DNA from: Opitutaceae bacterium
GTDB taxonomy: Bacteria; Verrucomicrobiota; Verrucomicrobiia; Opitutales; Opitutaceae
Assembly: GCA_023269455.1 (NCBI GenBank)
Contig: JAHFTG010000001.1
Coordinates: 1-36,943, forward strand
Length of the DNA stretch: 36,943 nt
Direction: 5' to 3'
A program made the position numbers and the translations under genes. The notes below the pieces were generated by a model. That model was not told where the DNA came from and searched no databases. It saw nothing but the letters and a program-made list of their open reading frames with translations. Shown here one piece after another: positions 35,139-36,943 of this stretch; within the stretch, counting starts at the first letter, position 1, and every line of letters begins with the position of its first letter.

Positions 35139-36943
35139 ATGAATCCGGCCAAGTTTACCAAACTGCTCCAAGAAGCGATCGCCCACCACCTAGCCGGACG
35201 GCTCACCGAAGCCGACACCCTTTACGCCGACGTGCTGCGCGTCGCCCCAAAAAACTTCCAAGCACTCCACCTGCGCGGCGCCTTGGCCTTTCAGCGCGGC
35301 ACCCACACCAAAGCCGTCGGCCTGTTGACCCGCGCGTTGAAAGAACAACCACGCTCCTCTCCCACCTTGATGTGTCTTGGCCTCGCCGAGTCCGCAGTTG
35401 GTGATCGCGTGGCCGCCGAAAAACACCTCCGCGCCGCCCTCTCCGCCGACCCCAAAAATGCCGAAGCCTGGGTGAACCTCGGCGCGCTCCTGATCATCAC
35501 TGATCGCCTGCCGGAAGGCGTCGCCTGCTACGAAAAATCCATCGCGATCAAGCCCGACTACGTTGACGGCATCGCCGGTCTCGGCTCCGCGCTTCTGCTG
35601 CTCGGTCGCGCCGAAGAAAGCGCCGCCGCGCACACCCGCGTGCTCACCTTGGATCCCCAGCACCCGCTCGCGCACTTCTGCCGAGCCCAGGCATTACTCG
35701 CCTGCAACCGCGTCAACGAAGCCCTCGCCGATTTCGACATCCAGCTCGCGCGCAATCCCGATCACCACGAGTCCCGCAGCTACCGCCTTCTTCTGCGCAA
35801 CTACCTCGACACCGTAACGACCGAACAGCTCTACGCCGAGCACCGCCAGTTCGGCCAGCGCGTCGAAGGCGCCCTCCCGCCACTCACTCACCGCGCCTTC
35901 GTCACCTCCGACTCCTCCCCCGACCGCCGCCTACGCGTCGCTTTCCTCTCTCCCGATCTTCGCAACCACTCCGTCGCCTACTTCCTCGAACCTCTTCTCC
36001 GCCATCTCGACCGCGAGCAATTCGAGATTTTCCTCTATCACGACCACTTCACCGTCGACGCCACCAGCGCACGTCTCCGCTCCCTCTCTTCCCTTTGGCG
36101 CAACTTCGTCGGCCTTCCCCACTCCTCCGTCGAAGCCCTGATCCGCTCCGACGCCCCCGACATCCTCGTCGATCTCGCCGGTCACACCGGTTTCAACCGC
36201 CTCCCCCTCTTCGCACGCCGCCTCGCCCCCGTTCAGCTCAGTTACCTCGGCTACCCCAACACCTCCGGCCTCGCCGCCATGGACTTCCGTTTCACCGATC
36301 CCATCGCCGACCCAAAAGGCCTCCCCGACCGCCTCCACTCAGAAAAACTCATCCGCTTCTCCTCCTCCGCCTGGGCCTACGATCCGCCTCCTTCCGCACC
36401 ACCCGTTTCGCCTCCTCCTTTCTCCTCTTCCTCCCTCCCTTTTGCTTTCGGCTCCTTCAACGCCCCCGCCAAACTCTCCGACTCCACCTTGCAACTCTGG
36501 AGCCGCGTCTTGGCCGCTGTGCCCGACTCCCGCTTGGTTCTAAAAGGCCACGGCCTCACCGATTCGGAAGTCGCTTCCAACCTCCGCCAACGCCTCGCCC
36601 AGCTCGACATCTCCGCCGACCGCCTCGTCCTCCTCGCCCGCACCGCCACGCTCGCCGAACACCTCGCCGCCTACGGCGAGATCGACGTCGCCCTCGATCC
36701 GTTCCCCTACAACGGCACCACCACCACCTGCGAAGCCCTCTGGATGGGCCGCCCCGTCATCACTCTCGCCGGCGACCGCCACGCCTCCCGCGTCGGCGCC
36801 TCTCTCCTCTCCTCCATCGGTCACCCCGAATGGATCGCCCATTCCCACGACGACTACCTCCGCATCGCCCAATCCCTCGCCTCCGATCCCTCCCAACTCT
36901 CCTCCCTCTCCGCCTCCCTCCGCGACGACCTCCGCTCCTCCCC
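35139..36943 (+). CDS. TPR-containing SPINDLY/OGT-like protein glycosyltransferase (GT41); 3' end outside window
   Basis: Not in the ORF track. Manual translation from ATG 35139: TPR repeats (LQEAIAHHLAGRLTEADTLYADVL..., AEAWVNLG), then in frame LRVAFLSPDLRNHSVAYF, DILVDLAGHT, APVQLSYLGYPNTSG, FGSFNAPAK, LDPFPYNGTTTTCEALWMG, RHASRVGASLL. Confidence 0.93.
   Translation, partial: MNPAKFTKLLQEAIAHHLAGRLTEADTLYADVLRVAPKNFQALHLRGALAFQRGTHTKAVGLLTRALKEQPRSSPTLMCLGLAESAVGDRVAAEKHLRAALSADPKNAEAWVNLGALLIITDRLPEGVACYEKSIAIKPDYVDGIAGLGSALLLLGRAEESAAAHTRVLTLDPQHPLAHFCRAQALLACNRVNEALADFDIQLARNPDHHESRSYRLLLRNYLDTVTTEQLYAEHRQFGQRVEGALPPLTHRAFVTSDSSPDRRLRVAFLSPDLRNHSVAYFLEPLLRHLDREQFEIFLYHDHFTVDATSARLRSLSSLWRNFVGLPHSSVEALIRSDAPDILVDLAGHTGFNRLPLFARRLAPVQLSYLGYPNTSGLAAMDFRFTDPIADPKGLPDRLHSEKLIRFSSSAWAYDPPPSAPPVSPPPFSSSSLPFAFGSFNAPAKLSDSTLQLWSRVLAAVPDSRLVLKGHGLTDSEVASNLRQRLAQLDISADRLVLLARTATLAEHLAAYGEIDVALDPFPYNGTTTTCEALWMGRPVITLAGDRHASRVGASLLSSIGHPEWIAHSHDDYLRIAQSLASDPSQLSSLSASLRDDLRSS

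Overview
GC-rich bacterial DNA holding a flagellar and chemotaxis locus. The gene content and the C/A-rich start regions lacking Shine-Dalgarno sites suggest Verrucomicrobiota/Opitutaceae, but that is inference only. 1-16465 (minus strand) is a continuous flagellar gene run: flgB-flgC-fliE-fliF-fliG-fliH-fliI-fliJ-(MotE/YlxF-like)-fliK-flgD-flgE-fliL-fliM-fliN-fliO-fliP-fliQ-fliR-flhB-flhA (partial). 16673-29341 is a chemotaxis region: cheR, cheB, a REC-HD-GYP protein with a broken active site, cheD, a porin + small exported protein + MCP cassette, an HDOD gene, cheA (no P2 domain, extra N-terminal domain), cheW and a second MCP. A 220-bp MITE-like nested inverted-repeat element follows. Next come an HDOD / PAS hybrid kinase / membrane hybrid kinase operon and a SPINDLY-like TPR-GT41 glycosyltransferase that runs off the end and is absent from the ORF track. 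A regulatory code can be read in the intergenic DNA. Five sigma54-type promoters each have a 15-bp CGGCAAAAACTGCCG-like dyad 94-95 or 105-106 bp upstream, and one of them drives the glycosyltransferase. Six sigma28-type promoters precede the chemotaxis and signalling units, including the porin-binding protein-MCP cassette. All calls come from reading the sequence by eye; no searches were run.
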